Sequence record: ON190025.1
Strand: one strand, 5' to 3'
Length of the DNA stretch: 64,000 nucleotides
The translations under genes and the position numbers were made by a program. Positions within the stretch are counted from its first letter, which is position 1; each line of letters begins with the position of its first letter. Under the pieces are notes generated by a model, which did no database searches, was not told the DNA's origin, and worked only from the letters and a program-made list of their open reading frames with translations. Positions 44,323 through 52,886 of the stretch are shown in pieces.

Positions 44323-46108
44323 AAAAGACAACTTTCAAATTTTATCAGACAAACAACACGTTCTTAAACGACCGGGTATGTACATCGGGTCAGTTGATCG
44401 AGAAGAACATGAGCGTTTTGTCTTAGGTGATTTCAAGAAAATCGAGTACGTACCGGGTCTTGTGAAGATCATCAACGAAGTTATTGATAACTCTCTTGAT
44501 GAAGCGATTCGAACTAAGTTCAAATTTGCCAATGTTATTGAAGTGAAAATCGAAGGTAATCGAATCACTATCTCAGATAACGGTCGCGGTATTCCGCAAG
44601 ACAAAGTTCTAGACCCAGATGGTAAAGAGCTTCTTCGACCTGAAGCTGCATGGACACGTACTAAAGCAGGTAGTAACTTCGAAGATGACCGAACAACTGT
44701 TGGTATGAACGGTGTTGGCGCTGCACTGACCAACTACTTCAGTCATCAATTCATTGGTAAGACGTGTGACGGTAAAAACACAGTAACAGTAAGCTGTTCT
44801 AACAATGCAGATCGTATTTTCGTTAGAACTTCGAAAGGTGGTACGAAAGGGACTTCAGTTGAATTCATCCCTGATTTTAACCGCTTTGGTGTATTTGGTA
44901 TCTCCCCTCAAGACGAAGAGATCATCAAAGACCGTCTCGCGTCGTTGTCAGTCGCATTCCCTGAGATTACGTTCAAGTACAACGGGAAGAAACACGCCCC
45001 TACGCTGAAGCAATACGCAAAGATGTTTAACACAGAAGTTGCGTTTGAATTTGACAACGTTGCGCTGTTTGTCGCGCCGTCTGATGAATTCAGACATAAC
45101 AGCTTCATCAATGGTGTAAATACATCTAATGGTGGTACACACGTAGATTACTTCATCAATAAACTTTCAGATGAATTAATCCCGATGATTAAGCGCAAGC
45201 ATAAAATCAATGTACCAAAACCACAATTAAAGAATGGTTTGACACTCGGGTTGTTCATTCGTAACTTCACCGACCCTAAGTTTGACAGTCAGACAAAAGA
45301 GCGTCTAACTAGTTCTCAAGGTGAAGTGTCACCATACTTGAAAGACTTGGCATATGACAAAATCGCTAAGAAGATTCTGGCAGAAGATGACATCATCATG
45401 CCGATTATTGAAGCGTTACTTGCTAAACAACAAGCAGCCGAAGCGCGAGAACTAGCACGCAAACAGAAGAAAGCTCAACAAGCGAAAGTTGCAGAGCACA
45501 TCAAGGCTTCACAGCCAGGTGGTACGCTGTTCTTGACTGAGGGTAAGTCAGCGATTGGTTACTTGATTAAAGTTCGTGACAGTAAAAAGCATGGTGGTAT
45601 TCCGTTGCGCGGTAAAGTACTGAGCACATGGGGTAAACGCCCTGCCGAGATCATGAAAAACAAAGAGCTATGCGATATCATGTCAGTGCTGAACATTCAG
45701 CTCGGTAATGACGACATTCGAGACATGTACTATAAAGACATTGGTATCTTAGTTGATGCGGACGTTGATGGTAAAGGTTCGATTTTCCCGTTGTTGCTTG
45801 CGTTTTTCTACAACTGGCCAGAGCTTTACAAGCAGAAGCGAATCAAGTTCGTTCGTACACCAGTAGTCATTGCATCGAAGAATAAAGAAACGAAATGGTT
45901 TTATTCTATTGAAGAGTATCGCAAGGCGAAACTGAGTAAAACGTGGAAGATTCGTTACATTAAGGGTTTGGGTTCACTGACTGAAAAAGAATACAAAAAA
46001 GTTATTAACGAGCCAGTTTTTGATGATATTGTAATCGATGACCCAAATTGTTTTGAACTATTGTTCGGTAATGACACTGATAAACGTAAGGATTGGATGA
46101 CCCAATGA
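44312..46108 (+). CDS. 39+60: DNA topoisomerase II large subunit (fused gp39+gp60)
   Basis: RPGMYIGS, EVIDNSLDE, DNGRGIP, GMNGVG, LTEGKSA, PLRGK, DADVDG and YIKGLGS motifs. Confidence 0.97.
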   Translation: MMSKKDNFQILSDKQHVLKRPGMYIGSVDREEHERFVLGDFKKIEYVPGLVKIINEVIDNSLDEAIRTKFKFANVIEVKIEGNRITISDNGRGIPQDKVLDPDGKELLRPEAAWTRTKAGSNFEDDRTTVGMNGVGAALTNYFSHQFIGKTCDGKNTVTVSCSNNADRIFVRTSKGGTKGTSVEFIPDFNRFGVFGISPQDEEIIKDRLASLSVAFPEITFKYNGKKHAPTLKQYAKMFNTEVAFEFDNVALFVAPSDEFRHNSFINGVNTSNGGTHVDYFINKLSDELIPMIKRKHKINVPKPQLKNGLTLGLFIRNFTDPKFDSQTKERLTSSQGEVSPYLKDLAYDKIAKKILAEDDIIMPIIEALLAKQQAAEARELARKQKKAQQAKVAEHIKASQPGGTLFLTEGKSAIGYLIKVRDSKKHGGIPLRGKVLSTWGKRPAEIMKNKELCDIMSVLNIQLGNDDIRDMYYKDIGILVDADVDGKGSIFPLLLAFFYNWPELYKQKRIKFVRTPVVIASKNKETKWFYSIEEYRKAKLSKTWKIRYIKGLGSLTEKEYKKVINEPVFDDIVIDDPNCFELLFGNDTDKRKDWMTQ

Positions 46109-46287
46109 TTACAGCAAAAGAGGCAAGAGCAAAGCGGAAGAAACTTTCGCCTGCTGTTGAGAAGTCGCGAGTTGACTTCAAAACAGAAAAATTGACTGAA
46201 AGTGAGCGCGATACTATTCGTAGTATTTTGATTAGTCTCGGCTATGATGCGTTCATTACAGGTGAGAAACTTGAGGTGATGTGGTAA
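46105..46287 (+). CDS. Small hypothetical protein (local paralogue family)
   Basis: MITAKEAR...LGY...EVMW. Confidence 0.7.
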   Translation: MITAKEARAKRKKLSPAVEKSRVDFKTEKLTESERDTIRSILISLGYDAFITGEKLEVMW

Positions 46288-46502
46288 TGAGCAATTTCAT
46301 TCGAATTCTAGAAGATATGTGTCGCGAGTTTCGCGGCGAACTGAACGAAGCAGCGACAGCCGAGGTAGATTATTACCTCGTGCAGCTTTACGTCGCTATG
46401 CTATCACTAGGTTTCGGCGTACAGATTGCGATTTACATTTTGTTTTATGTCATTTTTTATCTACCAATGACCGTAATTGGTAAGCTACTAGGGATTAAAT
46501 AA
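46287..46502 (+). CDS. Small membrane protein
   Basis: Hydrophobic C-half; TAATG coupling. Confidence 0.7.
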   Translation: MSNFIRILEDMCREFRGELNEAATAEVDYYLVQLYVAMLSLGFGVQIAIYILFYVIFYLPMTVIGKLLGIK

Positions 46503-46519
46503 GAGACGGAGGTGGCATT

Positions 46520-46786
46520 ATGCTAAAGTCTTTTATTGAAATATCCCTAAACGAAATGACATACCAAGAGTTGCGTGATCTCACGATAAATGAGATCCAC
46601 GCGCTCGTTAAGAAGCTGAAGAGACAGCTTCCACAAGAGTACAAGGACATTATCGACGAACTTGAACCAGACATGTACGAAGATCTGATTGCAGAAATCG
46701 CATATGATGGTGGTTTGAAAGGTAAGAGATTTGTAAACTTAAAAATCCCGAAGCGAATCTTAGATAGGTACGCTGACTACTTCTGA
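46520..46786 (+). CDS. Hypothetical protein with capsid-targeting-like N-terminus
   Basis: MLKSFIEISLNE; GGAGG RBS; ATTAAATA upstream. Confidence 0.65.
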   Translation: MLKSFIEISLNEMTYQELRDLTINEIHALVKKLKRQLPQEYKDIIDELEPDMYEDLIAEIAYDGGLKGKRFVNLKIPKRILDRYADYF

Positions 46787-46797
46787 GAGAAAATATT

Positions 46798-47190
46798 ATG
46801 TTTGATGCTGCTAGTATGCGGTCACGCTATAAGCCGAAGCAACCGTCCGACCGTCAGTTAAAGAAAATCGAAGAATTTCAAGATTTTCTGTATAACACTT
46901 TGAAATCAATTGATAAAATAGCTGATACAGAGCTTGAGATAAAAGTCGGTATAAAAGCTGAATTTTATGAATCAGCGGTTGCAGAGTTCGAGAAATTAGG
47001 TTATAATATCAGAGCAGTGAAGAATACATTCGATATTAAAAATCGAATCAACCCTTACGAGCCGTCCGAAATTGGCTACTTGCAATACGAGACTCACAGT
47101 TTAGCACTTGCTTATGTGAATCGTATGTTGATGGAACACGGTTCTGAACGCATGATATTGACTATAATTGATTGGAGACGAAAGTCATGA
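46798..47190 (+). CDS. Hypothetical protein (local paralogue family)
   Basis: MFDAASMR...KLGY...IIDW. Confidence 0.7.
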   Translation: MFDAASMRSRYKPKQPSDRQLKKIEEFQDFLYNTLKSIDKIADTELEIKVGIKAEFYESAVAEFEKLGYNIRAVKNTFDIKNRINPYEPSEIGYLQYETHSLALAYVNRMLMEHGSERMILTIIDWRRKS

Positions 47191-47456
47191 GCATGATTAT
47201 GAAAGCAGAAGAAGCACGCGCACGCAGCATCAAAGTAATGGAAGAGAAGTTTCCCGTTGATGATCTAGAACATCTAGATGAGCGCATTGCGCAAGCAACT
47301 GATGAAATGCGCTTTGGTATTAATATCAGAATGCAAGACGAATTGCCAGGTATTGAAAGTCATAGTATGAAACGCCTATTGATTGAATATCTGCGTTTAC
47401 ACAACTACAACGCATTTTATGTCGATAATATTTTGGAGATTCGATGGCAAATTTAA
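47187..47456 (+). CDS. Hypothetical protein (local paralogue family)
   Basis: MIMKAEEAR...HNY...LEIRW. Confidence 0.7.
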   Translation: MSMIMKAEEARARSIKVMEEKFPVDDLEHLDERIAQATDEMRFGINIRMQDELPGIESHSMKRLLIEYLRLHNYNAFYVDNILEIRWQI

Positions 47457-48172
47457 AAGTTTATTACTGTAGTGATATTCACAACGACTATCACGCAGAG
47501 AACGCGCTAGAATCGATTACAGGCGACAAAGACGCTGTATTGGTAGTAGCGGGTGACATTAACAGCAAAGGGCGCACAGTGCGCGATTTAGAAGCTGTAG
47601 CCGACCGTTGGCGCGCTGTTATCGCAGTGCCGGGAAATCACGATTGGTGGGGTCTCGCGATTCACGAGCGACATAAATTTGAAACTTCGGTTGACAATGT
47701 TCACGTCTTGCTTGAAAATACAGTTCAGATTGACGACGTGACATTCTGCGGAACTACGCTGTGGCACGAAGTCAATGACTGGTTTGAGGGTCAACGTTGG
47801 AAAGACAATATGAATGACCGTCGTAAGATTCGCGGTCCGCAATGGCGACCTTTGTACGGTGAAGATGTACATGCACTTCATTGTAAATCAGTCAAATTTA
47901 TTGAGAAATGTCGCGAGATTGAAGGTAAGAAAGTGTTAATCACACATCACGCCCCTTCTCTGAAGAGCATTTCATCTTACTATGCGTATTCAAGTACGAA
48001 TAGTTTTTATTGCACTGACCTTGACCATTTACTTGAAGGGTTCAGTTTTGCAATTCACGGTCATGTTCATCAAGAATTTGACTATCACGTAAATGGCTGT
48101 AATGTACTGTGTAACCCACGTGCATACGGCTCAGAAAACCCAGAATATGGGCTTAGGATTTTCGACATATGA
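47444..48172 (+). CDS. Calcineurin-like metallophosphoesterase
   Basis: SDIH, AGDI, PGNHD, THHAP, HGHVH and NPRAY motifs. Confidence 0.92.
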   Translation: MANLKVYYCSDIHNDYHAENALESITGDKDAVLVVAGDINSKGRTVRDLEAVADRWRAVIAVPGNHDWWGLAIHERHKFETSVDNVHVLLENTVQIDDVTFCGTTLWHEVNDWFEGQRWKDNMNDRRKIRGPQWRPLYGEDVHALHCKSVKFIEKCREIEGKKVLITHHAPSLKSISSYYAYSSTNSFYCTDLDHLLEGFSFAIHGHVHQEFDYHVNGCNVLCNPRAYGSENPEYGLRIFDI

Positions 48173-48357
48173 CTTTTATTTTTGTTTACTTATTGATTGG
48201 TGCACTTTTGACAGTTGCGATTCAAGATACATTACACGAAACGTACCGCCAAAACGGTGGTCAAGCGAGTAAAACCGTGGTGAATTTATTATCGACAGTC
48301 ATCACGCCAGTACTAATGATTGCTCTAATCGTGATGAAATTGTTCAAAATTAAATGA
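48169..48357 (+). CDS. Small membrane protein
   Basis: Two hydrophobic segments. Confidence 0.65.
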   Translation: MTFIFVYLLIGALLTVAIQDTLHETYRQNGGQASKTVVNLLSTVITPVLMIALIVMKLFKIK

Positions 48358-48397
48358 TTAAATACGTGCGTCAAATAAAACAATAAAAGGTAATACA

Positions 48398-48643
48398 ATG
48401 ACGCACGATTTGAATATGCTTCTAGAGCAGTACAACCTAGCAAATTACGAATGCGATGGTGATTTTGAAGACTATTACTGGTCGGTAGCCGAATGGATTG
48501 GTCAGACTGTATTCAGTCATGGGACAATTCGTAAACATGATATTTTAGAATTGCTATGTGATTTACTAGCAATAGATGAAGACAAAATCAACGTAGATGA
48601 TGTTGATGACTTCCTTAACGAAGCGTATGAGGTAATTGAATAA
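48398..48643 (+). CDS. Acidic hypothetical protein
   Basis: 81 aa, AAGGT RBS. Confidence 0.7.
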   Translation: MTHDLNMLLEQYNLANYECDGDFEDYYWSVAEWIGQTVFSHGTIRKHDILELLCDLLAIDEDKINVDDVDDFLNEAYEVIE

Positions 48644-48702
48644 TGAAGAAATTTCATCGTAAGGAGTTGTTTCACTAAGTAATTTAACTTGGAGAAACAA
48701 CG

Positions 48703-49212
48703 ATGACTGAAGTCAAAAAATACAAAGGCGTAAAAGAAAAAGATCTACCACTATACAACTCACGCGAAATGGGACCTCATCATGTTTTCGAATTATGGGA
48801 TGGTGAATGGGTACCTGAGTGGGCTAGAACATACGTTCGTTATCAGAGCTTCTGGAGCCCAGAACGTGTTGGGTTTTACATGTCAACTAGCGCAAGACGT
48901 ATGATTGACCTAATTCGAAATGGTGAATGTCTAGCACGTTACAAAGGTAACTACGTGTTTCGTTACACGCCAGTGCCACATACTGGTTGCTACAAGAACT
49001 GGATTCATGCTCGACGCGGTAACGGTTTGATGTCTGAAATGCATCATAACAAGTTCTGTGAAGACGAGATTGAAGCCGAATACGGTAAAGTAGTTCGCAA
49101 AAAACGTGCTCATACAGTTCGCTGTCTTCTAGATTGGGATGGTCTATCGTCTTACAAATCTCCACAGCGCGGGTGGAAACGCTCTAAAAAGCGCAAACAG
49201 TGGATGAAATAA
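48703..49212 (+). CDS. Basic hypothetical protein
   Basis: C-terminal RKKR...WD...RGWKRSKKRKQW; GGAG RBS. Confidence 0.75.
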   Translation: MTEVKKYKGVKEKDLPLYNSREMGPHHVFELWDGEWVPEWARTYVRYQSFWSPERVGFYMSTSARRMIDLIRNGECLARYKGNYVFRYTPVPHTGCYKNWIHARRGNGLMSEMHHNKFCEDEIEAEYGKVVRKKRAHTVRCLLDWDGLSSYKSPQRGWKRSKKRKQWMK

Positions 49213-49214
49213 AC

Positions 49215-49250
49215 AAAAGGGTTGCAATTTGCAGCCCTTTTCATTATCAT
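49215..49250 (+). promoter_or_regulatory. Promoter overlapping terminator hairpin
   Basis: TTGCAA-17-TATCAT inside AAAAGGGTTGCA-ATT-TGCAGCCCTTTT. Confidence 0.7.
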
Positions 49251-49276
49251 AGATGCTTCAAATAAAGGAGCACAAT

Positions 49277-49474
49277 ATGATTCAAATTTTATTAGCAACA
49301 CTAGGTGTTATTCTAGTATTCGTATCAGCAACGCCATTAGTATATGTAGTCAATAAGATTATTGAAGACGAATTCGATTCAATGATAGCTAGTGTAACTG
49401 CATTGTTAGTAGCTGTTGCTGTGTTTTGTTTTACTTTTATGTTCATTGTCTTCACGGGCGCTGAATATATGTAA
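49277..49474 (+). CDS. Small two-TM membrane protein
   Basis: AAGGAG RBS; two hydrophobic helices. Confidence 0.75.
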   Translation: MIQILLATLGVILVFVSATPLVYVVNKIIEDEFDSMIASVTALLVAVAVFCFTFMFIVFTGAEYM

Positions 49475-49487
49475 CGAGAAATATATT

Positions 49488-50081
49488 ATGACAGACAAGA
49501 AACAAAAACCTACTCTAATTTTCGACGTAGATGGTGTGCTTATTGATTGGGCAAGCCAGCTACCGCTATTCTGCAAGCGATGTGGTATCGACCCCGTTCT
49601 TGCATTAAAACACTTCACTGCTAAAGAGCATGTTGACGTACGTGATTTATTCGGTGTCGAGCAGCGTTCAATAGCATTTGACTTACTTGAGAAGTATAAT
49701 CTTGAGCACGGTAAGTACATGACTGCGTTCCCTGATGCGGTAGAGAACGTTCACAAAATCGCGAAAGAATACAATCTTGTTGCGCTGACTAAATTCGGTG
49801 ATTCAACTGATCACTGGCTTGTGCGCAAGTTCAACTTAGAAACATTCTTCCCGGGTTGTTTCAGCGAATTGATTACTATTCGCGGTGATGAGAGCAAAGT
49901 CGGTTATGTCTCTCAGCTAGTATCAGATCACGACGTGATCGGTTTCATTGATGATCAGTTAGAAAATACTGAGCAAATCAAGAAGTGTTTTCACGACCTT
50001 AAAGTGGTACACCTCAATCGATATGACGAACGAGCAGACGTTCATCATATGTCAAAGCTATTAGATTTTATTCACGAATAA
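49488..50081 (+). CDS. 30.2: HAD-like protein gp30.2
   Basis: KPTLIFDVDGV...FNLETFFPGCFSE...FIDD matches T4 30.2. Confidence 0.88.
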   Translation: MTDKKQKPTLIFDVDGVLIDWASQLPLFCKRCGIDPVLALKHFTAKEHVDVRDLFGVEQRSIAFDLLEKYNLEHGKYMTAFPDAVENVHKIAKEYNLVALTKFGDSTDHWLVRKFNLETFFPGCFSELITIRGDESKVGYVSQLVSDHDVIGFIDDQLENTEQIKKCFHDLKVVHLNRYDERADVHHMSKLLDFIHE

Positions 50082-50082
50082 A

Positions 50083-50135
50083 GTTTAACACGTCTTACAT
50101 TCATCATATAATAAAGCTCCTGTCGGGGCTTTTTT
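50083..50135 (+). promoter_or_regulatory. Class II promoter with adjacent terminator-like hairpin
   Basis: GTTTAA-18-TATAAT(50107-50112); hairpin plus T6 at 50113-50135. Confidence 0.55.
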
Positions 50136-50144
50136 GGGTTAATT

Positions 50145-50444
50145 ATGATTAAACGAGCTTATATTATTCATGCTGATAGCGCACTTGCAAAACGTGCTGT
50201 TGCGTTAGATAAGCGAGAGGCAAAAGGCAAGCCGTTCTTTTCGAATCGAGAAGAATGGGAAGCTGAATTGCAAACCGATTGGCAAGAATGGAACAAAGAA
50301 GCTTGTGATTATATTGTTCACATTTACGGTGATCATATCGCAGGTAAGCCATTCTTAGTAACAATCAACAACGGCAACGTATATTTTGAGGAAAATGATG
50401 TTTGCTATACTAATGAAAAGCAACCAAGAAGTGGCGATTATTGA
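50145..50444 (+). CDS. Hypothetical protein
   Basis: 99-aa ORF. Confidence 0.65.
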   Translation: MIKRAYIIHADSALAKRAVALDKREAKGKPFFSNREEWEAELQTDWQEWNKEACDYIVHIYGDHIAGKPFLVTINNGNVYFEENDVCYTNEKQPRSGDY

Positions 50445-50598
50445 TCTCGGTGATGTTACAATGCCTGCATTGTACCTGAAAGAGCAAGATGCACTTAAAG
50501 TGTTGTACAAAAATGATTTACACGAGCAGTGCTTTGTTGCACGTGTTCGTCCTGAAATTTATATAGAGGGTCCAGATGATTCTACCAATCCTGAATAA
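50395..50598 (+). CDS. Hypothetical protein
   Basis: GAGG RBS; about 67 aa. Confidence 0.55.
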   Translation: MMFAILMKSNQEVAIIDLGDVTMPALYLKEQDALKVLYKNDLHEQCFVARVRPEIYIEGPDDSTNPE

Positions 50599-51913
50599 AC
50601 TAGCAGCAACGACTAAACGCACTGAAAAAGAAGCAATCCTGAAGTCTGAAAAAGACAATGAATTGCTAAAGCGTGTATTTGAGCTTGCATACACACCTAC
50701 GTATCAGTTTAATATGAAGAAACTGCCTGAAGTGAATGCAGGTGAAGCATATGTGCATGAATATACCGAACTAGAAGATGCACTAGAGCAAGTGTTTAGT
50801 GCGTTGGTTGTGAATCAAGTGCGCGGTCATTCTGCACAAGATTTTGTTGCTCGTATACTCGCTTCAGTTTCTGAAGACGACGCGGAAGTGATTCGTCGTG
50901 TTATATTGAAAGACCTTCGAACTGGTTGTACGGGTGGTACTGCAAACAAAGTTTGGAAGAAACTGATTCCAGAACAACCTCAAATGCTTGCAAGCCCGAA
51001 GAACGACAAACTAATTGACGCGATTCTAACTAAAATCGCATACGCTGAATTGAAAGCTGATGGTGCTCGTTGTTTCGCTCATGTTGACTTAGATGGTAAC
51101 ATTACTCTTACATCGCGTAACGGTAAACGCTATCAAGGTCTAGTCAAAGTTGAGAAAGGCTTGACTGAAATGGGTGTAAACGGCTTTGTTATCGACGGTG
51201 AGCTTGTGTACGCGCCAAACGGTTTACATGAGGTTGAAGACCGTTCGACTGGTAATGGCATTGTCAACAAAGCAAGCAAAGGTACAATCACACCGAAAGA
51301 ACAGGCTGACATTGTATTTCAAGTGTGGGATATCATCCCTGAAGACGTTTATTTCGGTAAGTCGAATGAATTGAACATGCCGTACAGTAAACGTAAACAG
51401 ATTCTTGCAGATGTTGCTATTAAAGCACGTGGTATCATCGAACCGATTCCGTGGCAGACTGTTTCTACAAAAGAACAAGCATCTGAAATCTACAATCAGT
51501 ACGTTGCTCAAGGTCTAGAAGGTATCATCTTGAAAGACCCAGATGCACTCTGGGAAAACAAGCGAAGCAAATCACTTGTGAAATACAAAGAAGTTCACGA
51601 TGGTGATTTAGAGATCATTGAAGTAATCGAAGGTGACAAGAAGAACAAAGGCAAAATGGGTGCTCTTCTTCTTCGTTCAGCTTGCGGTATGTTGATTACT
51701 AAAGTCGGTAGTGGCTTCAGTGATAAACAGCGTGCTGAAATTTGGGAACGTCGTGATGAAGTAATCGGTATGATTGTTGAAATCAACTACAACGCAATCA
51801 CACGCGCACGCAATAAAGAAACATGGTCTTGTTTCTTGCCTATTTTCGTGCAATTCCGTGATGACAAAGATGTTGCGAATGCGCTTGAAGAAATGAGCGG
51901 GTTCAAAGGTTAA
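50576..51913 (+). CDS. 30: ATP-dependent DNA ligase gp30
   Basis: MILPILN...KDNELLKRV, LKADGAR (KxDG), EGIILK and KVGSG motifs. Confidence 0.97.
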   Translation: MILPILNKLAATTKRTEKEAILKSEKDNELLKRVFELAYTPTYQFNMKKLPEVNAGEAYVHEYTELEDALEQVFSALVVNQVRGHSAQDFVARILASVSEDDAEVIRRVILKDLRTGCTGGTANKVWKKLIPEQPQMLASPKNDKLIDAILTKIAYAELKADGARCFAHVDLDGNITLTSRNGKRYQGLVKVEKGLTEMGVNGFVIDGELVYAPNGLHEVEDRSTGNGIVNKASKGTITPKEQADIVFQVWDIIPEDVYFGKSNELNMPYSKRKQILADVAIKARGIIEPIPWQTVSTKEQASEIYNQYVAQGLEGIILKDPDALWENKRSKSLVKYKEVHDGDLEIIEVIEGDKKNKGKMGALLLRSACGMLITKVGSGFSDKQRAEIWERRDEVIGMIVEINYNAITRARNKETWSCFLPIFVQFRDDKDVANALEEMSGFKG

Positions 51914-51914
51914 T

Positions 51915-51948
51915 AAAGGGGGCTTATGCCCCTTTTTGCGTATAAATA
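51915..51948 (+). promoter_or_regulatory. Terminator followed by late promoter TATAAATA
   Basis: Hairpin 51915-51937; TATAAATA at 51941-51948. Confidence 0.85.
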
Positions 51949-51972
51949 CTTTCATTTAGAGAGATAACGAAA

Positions 51973-52854
51973 ATGATCATTTTTGAACATGGAGAAACGT
52001 TAATTGAAGCGTTCGACCGACCAGTGCCATATAGATGGGATGCTATGCACAATGAAGCTAGTTTCACAGTAGGCGGGACCCAATACCTAGCAACGATTCA
52101 AGATCGCGAAACGCCACGCGGTGTAAGCATATATGTAGCTTTCCAACGAAAAGATCGTGAAACAGGCAATTGGACGCACACGCTTGCAAAAGGATCGCCT
52201 AAAGATGCCATGACAGTATTAAGTACGATTCTAGCTGCTACGTTTGAAAAAGCGTCTGAGATTAACCCTGATGAGATTGCGTTTAGTGCGTACTCAGATG
52301 AAGATCGCAATGATGCAGACAAACGTTTCCGACTGTACAAACGTATGGCTGAGCGATACGCGAACAAGATGGACTATACGGTTCACGTCATGGGAAATAG
52401 CTTCACATTGAAGAACAATAACCCACCGAAAGTTCGCAGACTGCATAACGACGGGATTCACAAAGAAGAAGAACTAACGTACGTTATTTTCCCAAATACT
52501 AACGCATTCACTTGGGCTAAGTTATTCTGGTTAGACAACGACGGAGATTTCATTCGATTTGGATTGCCACACGGTCGAGTTTACATAGAGCGAAAATCGA
52601 GTGATGTTATTCACATTGAAGCAACAACTCCGCGTGGTAAGTTCAATAACTTAGATTCGGCTGACATTTGGCTGTCAATGCTAGGTGATATTACAGTTCG
52701 CACTAAAACAGGTCGTACATTTGATATTAGTGAAAAAGGTGCGGCGCTTGATGCAGGTGATATGATTTTATGTGAGCAAGATACATTGTATTACGTCGAA
52801 TCAGAAGAAGATTTTAGTAATATCTGGGGTTATGAACTAGAAGATATTCGATAA
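51973..52854 (+). CDS. Putative internal head protein with Alt-N-like domain
   Basis: LIE|AFDRP...FTVGG...IAFSA...RFRLYKRMAERYA, homologous to the C-half of ORF 5954. Confidence 0.65.
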   Translation: MIIFEHGETLIEAFDRPVPYRWDAMHNEASFTVGGTQYLATIQDRETPRGVSIYVAFQRKDRETGNWTHTLAKGSPKDAMTVLSTILAATFEKASEINPDEIAFSAYSDEDRNDADKRFRLYKRMAERYANKMDYTVHVMGNSFTLKNNNPPKVRRLHNDGIHKEEELTYVIFPNTNAFTWAKLFWLDNDGDFIRFGLPHGRVYIERKSSDVIHIEATTPRGKFNNLDSADIWLSMLGDITVRTKTGRTFDISEKGAALDAGDMILCEQDTLYYVESEEDFSNIWGYELEDIR

Positions 52855-52857
52855 AAG

Positions 52858-52883
52858 AAAAGGGAGCAATTTGCTCCCTTTTT
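52858..52883. terminator. Bidirectional terminator
   Basis: A4-GGGAGC-AATTT-GCTCCC-T5; reverse complement identical to 12149-12174. Confidence 0.9.
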
Positions 52884-52886
52884 CGA

